DNA of 64,000 bases from Squalus acanthias (GCA_030390025.1 JASTWF010000033.1:5272001-5336000), one strand, 5' to 3'; counted from the first letter of the stretch, positions 48,845-61,499 are shown. Made by a program: numbers and translations. The notes: a model not told the origin generated them from the sequence alone.

Positions 48845-50043
48845 AATGTAGGGAGTGGTAGTGGGCTCAGCCTATGCATTCTGACTGTGTGAGTGGTTCG
48901 AATCGCTCCCACGCCCCTGGTTCCTAGACCTTGGACTTATTTAGGGGTTGTGAACAAAATTGCAGTAGACAACAGGTTCTAATGCAAGAATTTCGACTTT
49001 ATTAAAATAAAAAGGTAACAAACTTAAAACACACTTAATACTAAAACACAGGTTGGGGAACACACGGTACAAGCGAGGGAGATGAGAATATACCAACACA
49101 AACATTATCCCTCCCAAAGATCCCACTATCTAGCTAGGTTTTTGGTTTGAGGAGATCAGGGATAATGCTCACCAACGAATCCTTGACAGGGATTTTAGAA
49201 TCTTTTGATTAAAAGATTTCGTAAGGCCCTTGTTGCTGCGAGGTGTCCGATGGTCACTGAGGCAGTCGCTCTGGTTTCTCTTGCGTCTGTTTGTGGAGTT
49301 GTTGGTGTTCCTTTCCTCCTCCTCGTGGCTTGTTGTGTCTTTTGCTGGAGCAGGCCTGAGAGAGAGAGAGAGAGAGAGAGAGATTGAGAGAGCTGTTCCA
49401 GCGTTGTCAGCGAGTCCAAAAGAGAGAGAGTCTTGGGACAGGCTCCAATTATATTGTCTTTTTCGCGCCCAAAACCACTTACTAAAACGGTTTCCTTTTG
49501 GTTTCAAATGAGCCCTGTAAAGTCCATTGTCTTGTTTTGGCGGGCTTGCCAGTTCTGATGGCTTTAACTTAGTGTTAAACATGCCCTGATCGTTTTATGA
49601 TCTCGGCAAAGCATTATCTACGCGCCAAATCTCATCCCTATTGTCATAGGTCTATTGGCGGGCTTTTAACTCTGTCCTGTGGATACCTGGTTGATTGGTT
49701 CTTAATGAAGTGAATCGGGTTGCTTAATGTTTTATTGATTTCAAAAAGCTATTGGATTATTCATATTTCGGTGTGTTGTGAGGCTTTTGGGTTTTGTCTT
49801 TTCCTCCTTGATAGGAAGGCAGTGTAAACACACTGCCAGAGAGCTTAATACACTGCCTGGCCACGCCCCTCTGCAGCCTGTGTGTCTGTGAAAGGTGTCT
49901 TTCCCATCAGTAAGATTCGAAAAGTCATTTTCCTCAGGGTTTTCTTCTTGTAATCTATAAAAATGTCCAAAACTGAGGATTTTACCTTAAATCACTTCAC
50001 TTAGGTTCTGTTCGAGTTTCTGGGGGATTTTGCGAAGCCTACA

Positions 50044-50915
50044 CATCGTCAGAGCAGATGCAGCAGAGCGGAGAAACTGGGAGATTGGAATAGAGTCCTT
50101 ACAGGAGGCGGGGTGGGAGGAAATGTAGTCCATGTAGCTGTGGTAGTCAGTGGGCTTGTAGTGAATGTCTGTCAATAACCTATCCCCAGAGATGGTGACG
50201 GAGAAGTCGAGGAAGGGAAGGGAAGAGTTGGAGATGGACCATCTGAAGGTGAGGGAAGGGTGGAAATAGGAAGCAAATTGAATGAAATTAACTAGTTCAA
50301 GGCGAGATCAGGAAACGGCACCAATACAGTCATCAATGTACCGGAAAAATAGGTGAAGGAGGGGACCTGATTCGCAGGGAACAAAGAGTGTTCCACATAT
50401 CCCACGAAAAGGCAGGCACAGCTTGGACCCATGCGGGTTCCCATAGCAACACCTTTGATTTGGATGAAGTGAGTGTAGTCAAAAGAGAAATTGTTCAATG
50501 TGAGAAGAAGTTCAGCCAGGTGGAGGAGGGTGGTGGTGGATGGGGACTGGTTGGGCCTCTGTTCAAGGAAGAATTGGAGCGCCCTCTGGCCATCCTGGTG
50601 GCGGATGGAGGTGTAGAGGGATTGTACGTCCATAGTGAAAAGGAGGCGGTTGGGGCCAGGAAACTCGAAACTGGTGTTAAAGTAGCGGAGGGCGTCGGAA
50701 GAGTTGCGGATGTAGGTGGGAACAGACTGGACAAGGGGAGAAGAAATAGAGTCGAGATAGTAAGAGATAGGTTCTGTGGGGCAAGAACAGGCTGAAACGA
50801 TGGGTCTACCAGGGCAGTCCTCTTTGTGGATTTTCGGAAGGACTTAGAAGCGGGCTGTGCGGGGTTGGGGAATTATGAGATTGGCGGCCATGGGGGGGAA
50901 GATCTCCAGAGGAGA
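50044..50915 (-). mobile_element. Penelope-like RT fragment
   Basis: MDVQSLYTSI, NNFSF, QIKGVAMGTRMGP, YKPTD. Confidence 0.9.
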
Positions 50916-51503
50916 TAAGAACATAAGAATTAGGAGCAGGAGTAGCACATTCGGCCCTTCGAGGCTGCTCCGCCATTCAATAAGATCATAGCTGACCTTT
51001 CACCTCAACTGCACTTTCCCGCCCAATCCCCATATCCCTTGATTCTCTTAAAGTCTAAAAGCCCCAAACAATTGCAGGAAGACTTCTCTACTCTTGTACT
51101 CCAAACCCCTTGCAATAAAGGCGAACATGCCAAACGCCTTCCTAACTGCTAGCTGTACATACACGTTAACTTCTGTATTTCGTGTAAAAGGAAACCCAAA
51201 TCCCTGAATATACTCAATGACTGTCCTTCGAGGTTGAGAACTCCAAAAAATTCAAAACCCTCTGAGTGAAGAAATGTCTCCTCATCTCAGTTCAAATGGC
51301 CGGCCCCTTATCCTGAGACTCTGCCCCTAGTTCTAGACTCTACACCCAGGGGAAACACCTTCTCAGCATTTACCCTTTCAAGCCCTCCAAGAAAATTGTT
51401 CCTTTCAATGAGATCACCTCTCGTTCTTCTGAATTCCAGAGAATATCGGCCCAATCTACTCAATCTCTCCTCATAGGACAACCCCATCATCATAGGAATC
51501 AAT
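50916..51503 (-). mobile_element. CR1 3' fragments
   Basis: Tail at 50916-51000; LSYEERLSRLG...RRTRGDL. Confidence 0.8.
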
Positions 51504-51527
51504 CAGGTTTGATTCCCAGTCAGGGAA
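51504..51527 (+). pseudogene. tRNA-Glu 3' remnant truncated by CR1
   Basis: CAGGTTTGATTCCCAGTCAGGGAA versus canonical CGGGTTCGATTCCCGGTCAGGGAA. Confidence 0.55.
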
Positions 51528-51708
51528 TTCAGTTCTGACAAAGACAATTGAAGTCTGTGAGACACTTAATAATTGTTTTAATCAACCCACAAACATTTTT
51601 GTTGCACACTGAAGGAAATGCTGACATGTTTGCCGGGTGACAGTCAAACGTTATTAACTTTTTTACAGAATCATATATCCGGCGCAGAAGGCGTCCTTTC
51701 AGCGCAGC

Positions 51709-51781
51709 GTTTCCGTAGTGTCCTGGTTATCACGTGTGCCGAACACGCGAAAAGTCCCCCGTTCGAAACGGGGCGGAAACA
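51709..51781 (+). pseudogene. tRNA-Val(AAC), probably pseudogene
   Basis: Intact acceptor and T arms (GTTTCCG...GTTCGAAAC...CGGAAACA) and TTTT terminator; anticodon stem mismatch and U33 lost. Confidence 0.85.
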
Positions 51782-52106
51782 TTTTGAAAAATGGACAATT
51801 CGCATTTGTGGTTCAATGTAACAAACTCCTGTTACATTTGCTGTTTCTCAGCACAGCAATTTCCCTGTGATGTGATGATTGTGGGGGCTCGGTGCGTGTA
51901 ATTGGATTTGCTGCAGTCCGCCGGCAGCAGGTGGTGAAAGCGGGCGTGAGACGGTGACTGACAGGTGAGCGCTGCTTCTGATGCTTTCTGACACCCGGTG
52001 GACTCGAGTCGGCGGGGATTTTAAAACCGATTATTAATCTGAGGCAGGATAAATGAAACAGTGTTTGAGTATCTTCATATATTCAAACATCCATGTTAGA
52101 AATGTG

Positions 52107-52178
52107 GAGCTTGTTGTGCAACGATAGCGCGTCTGACTCCAGATCAGAAGGCTGCGTGTTCAAATCACGGCGGGGTCA
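52107..52178 (+). pseudogene. tRNA-Trp(CCA), probably pseudogene
   Basis: Intact anticodon arm TCTGACTCCAGATCAGA and B box; D-loop GG and acceptor stem mutated; TTTT at 52185. Confidence 0.85.
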
Positions 52179-52354
52179 CAAGTCTTTTGGATAAACCCAG
52201 GATTAATATTTTCTTTGCTTTTTCACAATAAACAGACCCTTGCTCTTAAGTCAGTATCATTGTTTCCCCAGTGTCAGGGAGAGAAGCGCTTGATGCCCTC
52301 ATTTATTTAATATGACAAGACACAAACACAGGTATTCGTTCAAAATCAACCTGC

Positions 52355-53220
52355 AGGCTCGTCAGTTTGACCTCGGTGCTGGGGAAGATTATAGAAACAG
52401 TAATCCGCGACAAAATTAACAGTCATTTGGACATGTGTGGATTAATTAAGGAAAGCCAGCACGGATTTGTTCAAGGCATATCCTGTTTAACTAACTTCAT
52501 TGAGGTCTTTGATGAGGTAACAGAGAGGGTTGATGAGGGCAATGCAGTTGACGCAGTATACATGGATTTCCAAAAGGCGTTCGACAAAGTGCCACATAAT
52601 AGGTTTGCCAGCAAAGTTGAAGCCCGTGGAATAACAGGGACAGTGGCAGCATGGGTACGGAATTGGTCTGAGTGATAAGAAAAAGAGAGCTGAGGTGAAC
52701 GGTTGATTTTTGGACTGGTGGAAGTGGTACAGTGGTTTTTCATAAGAACAAGACAACATAACATATAAGAGCAGGAGTAGGGCATACGGCCCCTCGAGCC
52801 TGCTCCACCATTCAATAAGATTATGGCTGATCATCGACCTCAACTCCACTTTCCCGCCCGATCCCCATATCCCTCGATTACCTAGACTCCAAAATTCTAT
52901 TGATCTCAGCCTTGAATATACTCAAAGACTCAGCATTCAGAGCCCTCTGGGGCAGAGAATTCCAAAGATTCACAACGCTCTCAGTGAAGAAATTTCTCCT
53001 CATCTCAGCCTTCAATGGCCGACCCCTTCTCCTGAGACTCTGCCCCCTAGATCAAGGCACTCTAGCCAGGCGAAACCACCGCTCAACATCTAACGTGTCA
53101 ATCCCCTTCAGAATCTTATATAGCTTAATGAGATCACCTCTCATTCTTCTAAACTCCAGAGAGGATAGGCCCGTTCTACATAATATCTCATCATAGGAGA
53201 GCCCTCTCATCCCAGGAATC
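52355..53220. mobile_element. CR1 RT fragment (+, to 52740) and CR1 3' end (-, 52741-53220)
   Basis: YMDFQKAFDKVPH on +; tail and hairpin on minus. Confidence 0.85.
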
Positions 53221-54755
53221 CCAGGAACCAACGATATAGGTAAAAACGGGATGAGGTCCTAAAAGCTGAAAATAGGGAGTTAGGAAGGTAAATTAAAAAA
53301 TAGGACCTCAAAGGTAGTAATCTCAGGATTGCTACCGGTGCCACGTGCTAGTCAGAGTAGAAATGGAAGGATATTTCAGATGAATACGTGGCTAGAGGAA
53401 TGGTGCAAGGGGGAGGGATTACAATTCCTGGGACATTGGAACCGGTTCTGGGGGAGGTGGGACCAGTACAAACTGGATGGTTTGCACCGGGGCAGGACCG
53501 GGACCGATGTCCTAGAGGGAGTGTTTGCTAGTGCTGTTGGGGAGGGTTTAAACTAAAAAGGCAAGGGTTTGAGAACCTGTGCAGGGGAACAGAAGAAAGG
53601 GAAGCAAGGATAGAAGCAAAAAACAGGAAGGAGAAAAGCAAAAGTGGTAGGCAGAGAAATCAAGTGTGTAAATCAAACAGGGCTACAGTAAATAATAATT
53701 CTAAAACGACTAAGAGTCTTAAAAAAAACAAGCCTGAAGGCTTTGTTTCTTAATGCGTGTGCATTCGTAATAAGGTGGATGAATTAGATGCGCAAATAGA
53801 TGAAAACGGATATGATATACTTGGGATAACGAAGACATCGCTCCAGTTTGACCAATGCTGGGAATTCAACATACAGGGTTCTTCAATATTCAGGAAGGAC
53901 AGACAAAAAGGAAAAGGAGGTGGGATAGCATTGCTGGTTAAAGAGGAGATTAACACAATAGTTAGAAAGGTTATTAGCTCTGATGATGTGGAATCTGTAT
54001 GTGTAGAGCTGAGAAATACCATGGGGCAGAAAACGTTAGTGGGAGTTGTATACAGACCCCCAAACAATAATGCTGAGGTTGGGGATGGCATTAAATGGGA
54101 AATTAGAGACGCGTGCATTAAGGGCACAGCATTTATCTTAGGTGACTTTAATCTACATATAGATTGGGCTAACCAAATTAGTAGCAATACTGTGGAGGAG
54201 GAATTCCTAGAGTGTTTACGGGATGGTTTCCTGGACCAATATGTCGAGGAACCAACTGGAGATCAGGCCATCTTAGACTGGGTATTATGTAATGAGAAAG
54301 GATTAATTAGCAATATTGTTGTGCGAGGCCCTTTGGGGAGGAGCGATCATAATATGATAGAATTCTTCATTAAGATGGATAGTGAAGTAGTTGACTCAGA
54401 GACTAGGGTCATGAATTTAAATAAAGGAGACTTCGATGGTATGAGGCTCGAGTTGGCTAGGATGGATTGGGGAGCGTTACTTAAAGGGTTGACTCTAGAT
54501 AGGCAATGGTAAACATATAAAGATCGCATGGATGAACTACAGAATTTGTTCATCAATGTTTGGCATAAAAATAAAACAAAAAAGGTGACTCAACCTTGGC
54601 TAACAAGGGAAATTAGGGATAGCATAAGATGCAAGGAGAAGACATATAAATTGTCCAGAAAAAGCTGCAAACCTGAGGATTGGGAGCAGTTTAGGGTACA
54701 GCAAATGAGGACAAAGGGATTAATTAAGAGGCGGAAAATAGAATAAGAGAGTAAG

Positions 54756-55414
54756 TTTGGGGAGACCAAACGCAGATTGGGTGACCGCTTTGCGGAACAC
54801 CTCCGTTCAGTCCGTAAGGGGGACCCCGAGCTCCCGGTGGCCTGTCACTTTAATTCACCGCTTCACTCCCACTCTGACCTCACCGTCCTCGGCCTATTAC
54901 ACTGTTCCACGGAAGCTCAGCGTAAGCTCGAGGAACAGCACCTCATCTTTCGTTTAGGCACGCTACAGCCCTCTGGACTTAATATCGAGTTCAACAATTT
55001 TAGATCATAACCTCAGCTCCAATCACATTTATATTTTATTTTATCTACCCTTTTATTTGACCCCTCCACCCTTTTTTTTTTCCTCCTAGAAGCTGGCAGC
55101 TGTCCTTCATTCTGCCAGTGGATTTCACACTTCATTCAGCCTTAATCTGTCACATTAACACCACCTCTAGCCTTGCATATCTCTTAATGTCTCTTCATCT
55201 CCCCCTTTGTTCCTTTATCCCCTCCCCCTTTTCCCAGCTTTACCCTGGCCTTAAATCTATTTGATTTCCGGCTCTTCCCAGTTCTGATGAAAGGTCATCG
55301 ACCTGAAACGTTAACTCTGTTTCTCTCTCCACGGATGCTGCCTGGCCTGCTGAGTTTTTCCAGCGTTTTCTGTTGTTATTTCGGATTTCCAGCATCCGCA
55401 GTATTTTGCTATCG
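54756..55414 (+). mobile_element. 5'-truncated Penelope element (GIY-YIG end and 3' UTR) inside CR1, 12-bp TSD
   Basis: GETKRRLGDRFAEH...PVACHFN...GLN; TAAGAGAGTAAG at 54744-54755 and 55415-55426. Confidence 0.92.
55280..55316 (+). ncRNA. Minimal type I hammerhead ribozyme motif
   Basis: AGTT-CTGATGA-A-AGGTC-atc-GACCT-GAAA-CG-TT-AACT: helix I AGTT/AACT, palindromic helix III ACGT. Confidence 0.8.
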
Positions 55415-57309
55415 TAAGAGAGTAAGCCTGCGGATAACATAAAAACTGACTGTAAAAGCTTCTATAGATATGTGAAGAGAAAAAGATTGTTGAAGTCAAG
55501 CGTAGTTCCCTTGCAGTCAGAATCAGGGGAATATACAATGGGAACAAAGAAATGGCAAACCAATTAAACACATACTTTTTTCTGTCTTCACAAAGGAGGA
55601 CACAAATAAACTCCCAGAGTTGTCGGGAACATAACTTCGAATGAAAGGGAGGAATTGAATGATATCAGTATTTGTAGGGAAATGGTGTTAGGAAAATTGA
55701 CGGGATTGAAGGCCGATAACTACCCAGGGCCTGATAATCTACATCCTAGGGTACTTAAGGAATTGGCCCTAGAAACAGTAGATGCATTGCTGTTCATCTT
55801 TCAAAATGCTATAGACTCTGGAACAGTTCCCATGTATTGGAGTGTAGCTAATGTAACCCCACTATTTAAAAAAGGTGGTGGAGAAAAAACGGGGAATTAA
55901 AGACCGGTAAGCCTGACATCGGTAGTGGGCAAAATGCTAGAGTCCATTTTAAAAGATGTAATAGCAGATCACTTGGAAAACTGTGACAGGATCGGACAAA
56001 GTCAACATGGATTTACAAAAGGGAAATCATGAGTGACTAATCTACTGGAATTTTTTGAGGATGTAACTGATAGAATAGATAAGGGAGAAACAGTGGATGT
56101 GGTGTATTTGGACTTTCAGAAGGCTTTCAAGAAGGTCACGCATAAGAGATAAGCGTGCAAAGTTAAAGCACATGGGATTGGGGGTAAGTTACTGATTTGG
56201 ATAGAGAACTGCTTGGCAGACAGGAAGCAAAGAGTTGGAATAAACGTTTTTTTTTCCGAGTGTCAGGCAGTGACTAGTGGGGTACTACAGGGATCGTTGC
56301 TTGACCCCAGCTATTCACAATATATATTACTGATCTAGACGAGGGATGGAGATGTAATATCTCTAAGTTTGCAGACGACACAAAGCTGGGTAGGCGTGTG
56401 TGCTGTGAGGAGGATGCAGAGAAAATCCAGTATAATTTGGACAGGTTGGGTGATTGGGCAGATGCATGGCAGATGCAGTATAATGTGGATAAATGCGAGG
56501 TTATCCACTTTGGTGGAAAAAACAGTAAGACAGATTATTATCTGAACGGCAATAGATTGGTAAAAGGGAAGTGCAACGAGATCTTGGAGTCCTTGTGCAC
56601 CAGTCGCTGAATGTAAGCACGCAGGTGCAGCAGGCGGTTAAGAAGGCAAATGGTATGTTGGCCTTCATAGCGAGAGGATTCGAGTACAGGAGCAAGGATG
56701 TCTTGCTGCAGCTGTACAAGGCCCTGGTTGAAACCACACCTTGAGTATTGTGTGCAGTTTTGGTCGCCTATCTGAGGAAGGATGTTCTTGCCATGGAGGG
56801 AGTGCAGCGAAGATTCACCAAACTAATACCTGAGATGGCAGGAATGACGTACGAGGAGAGATTGGGTCGATTGGGCTTATACTCGCTTGAGTTTCGAATA
56901 ATGAGAGGGGATCACATTGAAACTTCTAAAATTCTAACGGGACTAGATAGACTAGATGCAGGAAGGATGTTCCCGATGGCAGGGGAGTCCAGAACCAGAG
57001 GTCACAATCTAAGGATACGGGGTAACCCATTTAGGACTGAGATGAGGAGGAATTTCTTCACCCAGACAGTGGTGAAGCTCTGGAATTCTCTACCACAGAA
57101 GGCAGTTGAGACCAATTTATTAAATATATTCAAGAAGGAGATAGATATATTTCTTAAGGCTGAAGGGATCAAGGATATGGTTAGAAAGCAGGGACAGGGT
57201 ACTGAATTTGGATGATCAGCCATGATATCATTAAATGGCGGAGCAGGCTCGAGGGGCCGAATGGCCTACTCCTGCTCTTATCTTCTATGCGTCTACGCTT
57301 CTACCAATC

Positions 57310-58765
57310 AATCTAGTAAACTTTTATTGTACCGCCTCCAAGGCAAGTATATCCTTCCTTAGATAAGGAGACCAAAACTGTGCACAGTACTCCAGGTGTG
57401 GTCTCAGCAAGGCCCTATACAATTCTAGCAAGACTTCCTTAACCTTATACTCAAACCTCTTGAAATTAAGTCCGACGTGCCATTTGCCTTCCTTATTGCT
57501 TGCTGTACCTGCATGCCAGCTTTCTGTGTTTCTTGCACTAGGACACACAAATCTCTCTGAACACCAACATTTGAAAGTTTCTCGCCCTTTAAAAAATATT
57601 TTGTTTTTCTATTCTTCCTACCAAAGAGAATAACCTCACATTTCCCTACATTACACTCCATCTGCCAGCTTACTGCCCATTCACTTCCTCTATATATATC
57701 ACTTTAAGACTCTTTGTGTTCTCCTCACTGTCCCACCTAGCTTTGTATCATCAGCAAACGCGTAGGTTCTAGGACAACTGCTTTTCTTCATATATATTAA
57801 TGACTTGGATGTGGGTGTACAGGGCACAATATCAACATTTGCAGATGAAACCAAACTTGGAGGTTTAGTGAACAGTGAGGCGGGGAGTGATAGACTTCAG
57901 GAAGACATAGACAGGCTGGTGAAACGGCCGGACATGTGGCAGATGAAATTTAATGCGGAAAAGGGTCAGGTGTCTCATTTGGTTAAAAAGAATGAGGAGA
58001 GGACATATAAACTGAGTGTTAGAATCATGAAGGGGGTGCACCAACAGAAAGACCTGGGGGTATGTGTGCACATATCGTTGAAGGTGGCAGTGCAGGTTGA
58101 GAAAGCAGTTAAAAATGCTTACGGGATCCTGGGCTTCATGAATAGATGTATAGATTAAAAAAGTGGAGATATTATAATGAACCTTTATAAAACACTGGTT
58201 CGGCCCCAACTGGAGTACTGTGTCAATATCTGGGCACCGCTCTTTAGGAAGGATGTGAAGGCTTTAGGGATGGTGCAGAAATGATGAACAAGAAGGGTTC
58301 CAGGGATGAGGGACTTCAGTTACGTTGATAGATTGGAGAAGCTGGGGTTGATCTCCTTGGAGCAGAGAAGATGAGAGGAGATTTGATAGAGGTTTTCAAG
58401 ATCATGAGGAATCTGGACAGAGTGGATATAGACAAACTGTTCCCATTGACAGGAGGGTCGAAAATAACGGACACAGATTAAAGGTGATTGGCAAAAGAAA
58501 CAAAAGCGACATGTGGAAAATCTTTTTTACTCAGCGAGTGATTAAGATCTGGAATGCACTGCCAGAAATTGTGGTGGAGGCAGATTCAATGGCGGCTTTC
58601 AAAGGGAAATTGGATAAGTACCTGAAGGGAAAACATTTGCAGTGCTACGGGGAAAGGGCGGGAGAGTGGCACTAGCTGAAATGCTCTTGCAGAGAGCCAG
58701 CACGGGCTCGACGGGCCGAATGGACTTCTTCTGTGTTACAACCATTCTATGAATCTATGATTGAT
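57310..58765. mobile_element. CR1 fragments: minus 57310-57760, plus 57780-58765
   Basis: [13 protein letters not shown] on minus; TFADET...FFTQRV and tail on plus. Confidence 0.85.
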
Positions 58766-58911
58766 AGATTCTGTAACCTACAGGTGGCCACACACATATT
58801 AACAGAGCAAGAGACAGACAGAATCGGGAAACACAGGGAGATAGACAAGAGATATTGACAAGGACTGAAAGCGTCTTGCGATCAGAAAATTGCCTGAACC
58901 CCTGTGGTTAA

Positions 58912-59897
58912 TACATAGATACATAGAAGATAGGAGCAGGAGTAGGCCATCCGGCCCTTCGAGCCTGCTCCGCCATTTAATGAGATCATGGCTGATCCTC
59001 GAATTCAGTATCCCGTCCCCGCCTTCTCTCCGTAACCCTTAACCCCTTTTGCCTGTAGAAATATATCTAATTCCCTCTTAAATATATTTAATGAGCTGGC
59101 GTACACTGCCCTCTGTGGCAATGAGTTCCACAGGTTCACCACCCTCTGAGTGAAGAAATTCCCCCTCATTTCTGTCCTAAATGGTTTAGCCCTTATCCTT
59201 AAATTATGTCCTCTAGTTCTGTTCTCACCCGCCAAGGGAAACATTCCATCTGCATCTAGTCTGTCTAGACCTGTCAGAATTTTATACACTTCTATGAGGT
59301 CCCCTCTCAATCTTCTAAACTCCAGTGTGTACATCCCTAAACTACATAGTCTCTCCTCATAGGTCAATCCCGCCATTCCTGGTATCAGCCTGGTGAATCG
59401 CCGCTGCACCCCCTCCATGGCAAGAACATCTTTCCTCAGATGAGGCGACCAAAACTGTACACAGTACTCGAGGTGTGGTCTCACCAGTGCCCTGTACAGC
59501 TGCAGCAAGGTATCCCTGTTCCTGTATTCCAACCCTTTTGCTATGAAGGCCAGTATACCGTTTGCCTTCTTGACCGCCTGTTGCACCTGCATGCTCGCCT
59601 TCAGTGACTGGTGTACAAGAACACCCAGGTCTCTCTGTACTTCCCCCTCTCCCAATTTATTGCCATTTAAATAATAATTTGCCCTCCCGTTCCTGCACCC
59701 AAGGTGGATAACTTCGCACTTGTCCACATTATAGTGCATCTGCCATTTATCCGCCCAATCACCCAGTCTGTCCAAATCGCTCTGGAGCTTCCTGGTCTCC
59801 TCCTCTGAGCCCACCCCCCCTCCTAGTTTAGTGTCGTCTGCAAATTTGGAAATGCTGCATCCGACTCCCTGATCCAGGTCATTAATGTAAATTGTGA
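58912..59897 (-). mobile_element. Young 5'-truncated CR1 with open RT C-terminus
   Basis: Uninterrupted frame from TIYINDLD to GYGEKAGTGY; 3' hairpin and tail. Confidence 0.92.
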
Positions 59898-60034
59898 CTT
59901 TTGATGCTTGATTTCCTGACACACCTTGGAATTCATGAGAACCTAGTTCGTGTTTGCAGAGCAAGTTAAACCCCTGGGGCGGAGCCAACAGGCGCCTGAC
60001 GGCAATCAGCGACAAGGACGTACAACTTGAACAA

Positions 60035-60107
60035 GCCCGGCTAGTTCAGTCGGTAGGGCATGAGATTCTTAATCTCAGGGTCGCGGGCTCGAGCCCCACG
60101 TTGGGCG
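60035..60107 (+). pseudogene. tRNA-Lys(CTT), probably pseudogene
   Basis: Full 73-nt match; T54 changed to C in the B box and a T-stem mismatch. Confidence 0.85.
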
Positions 60108-60556
60108 AGTGCTTTATGTTCAACTTTTACGTTGCTTTCACAGAAAAGCATAATTAATTAACCGATAATCTTCTTTTGCCGAATGAAAGAAATGAAAACT
60201 GAGCGAGTGTCGATACTTCAATCATTTTAGTTGTGCTTTGCATGTTAACTGTTACCCATATCTCATTTTACACAATATATGGGCTAATTCTGCTCTTAAT
60301 TATTTCGTTCTTATTTTCTTAAGTCCTCTCACAGGAGAGCAAACTCGCCCCTGGACATGCATAAGGAGCAAGTTCCAACAAAATGTTTCCGCGAACGTGC
60401 TAGCTGCTATTCTGCGGAATCGTCACCACTTTCAGTACCAGGTCAGATTGAATGTTAAGGGAGCAGGTGATCCGCAGAATCCCACTTTTAAGGGATGTCC
60501 CAAAGCACCTCATAGCGATGTCAAAAAGATGAGCTCCGCTGACTAATAAAAAGGAA

Positions 60557-60640
60557 TATCAGAATTGGTATTTAAACCCACAGGTTGCAGCAATCAATAC
60601 GACCTGAACGCAGCGCCTTAGACCGCTCGGCCACCCTGAG
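60557..60640 (-). pseudogene. tRNA-Leu(CAG) pseudogene
   Basis: 5' half GGCCGAGCGGTCTAAGGCGCTGCGTTCAGGTCG intact; 3' half degraded. Confidence 0.85.
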
Positions 60641-61346
60641 AATCAGAAAGCTAACTTGCAAGTTATCACCTCCGCATTGATAAAGTTTCAGTCCGGGTGC
60701 TTGTTCAATGCTGCTCGAAGGCTCAGTGACCGGGATATCATCTCCCCCGGGGTTTTCCTGAGCTGAGCTCGGTGTTTGGGGAGGTTTGGCCCGGGTCCGT
60801 GGTATCTTGCAGCCCAGGGAAGGTCAATAACCCTCTGAGATCTGGAGCTGGGGAAGAGCGAGTAATTACTGGTTTGTTTCCGCGTCTGAAATGCGGCTTC
60901 GATCTGATGATATTAACCGAGGCTGGGGCTGCGAGATATTGCATTTTGTTCACGTTTAATCAGAGGAATATCCGCAGTCAGGAGCTGAAAAGGATCAAGA
61001 GCTGAAAAAACACAAGAAAAAAGATAAGAATTGTCAGCAATTGTGATCAACTCTTTAATGTGTTTTCTGGTAGTTTAGTGGCTTAATTCTTTTAGTCACC
61101 ATTCATTAACCGATAGCGTTGCTCTGCAGAATGAAATAAATTCTCACACTGAGGGACAGTCGAAACTTGAATAATTTAACTTTAATAATTTGCAAAACTT
61201 TATTCTTTGATGAAGTTTTATCCCCTATCTGATTTTACACATGAGTATTTTAGGATCTGTTTTAAAATTGTCATTGCTTCTGTCACAAGGAACCTGGGGC
61301 TACTTTTGTTAAATGTATTTCGCAGAAAAAATACTCTGCAACATTA

Positions 61347-61420
61347 TGTTCCCACCCGGGATCGAACCGGGGACTATTTAGCGTGCGAAGCGAACGTGAT
61401 AATCGCTACAATACGAAAAC
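61347..61420 (-). pseudogene. tRNA-Val-derived pseudogene (anticodon position reads CGC)
   Basis: Val body GTTTTCGTATTGTAGCGATTATCACGTTCGC...CCCGGTTCGATCCCGG. Confidence 0.8.
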
Positions 61421-61499
61421 GAGGCTTAGGTTAAGACCCAGAAAGACGTGTTCAGCGAGAACGTGAAATACTGAATCGCTCTTCCTGCAAAAATATCCT

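Larger units (their letters stand above)
39841..50043 (-). mobile_element. Defective endogenous retrovirus, lokiretrovirus-like: LTR-gag-(deleted PR/RT)-IN-env-LTR
   Basis: 3' LTR-B 39841-41029, 5' LTR-C 48847-50043, PBS, CCHC gag, DDE integrase, F-like env. Confidence 0.88.
53221..57290 (+). mobile_element. Near full-length degraded CR1, related to 1261-4917
   Basis: Esterase end (DQYKLDGLH), APE, RT with many stops, 3' hairpin. Confidence 0.92.

Noticed and set aside
39837..50047. CATG/CATC as provirus TSD
   Set aside because: Imperfect, and the wider flanks are unrelated sequences.
59898..60015. N-terminal extension of the 336-aa ORF
   Set aside because: This is tRNA-Lys upstream flank that happens to be in frame with a truncated CR1.
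61347..61420. Anticodon-shifted functional tRNA (also the Glu body with GTC at 19142)
   Set aside because: Many other stem and box mutations indicate neutral decay.
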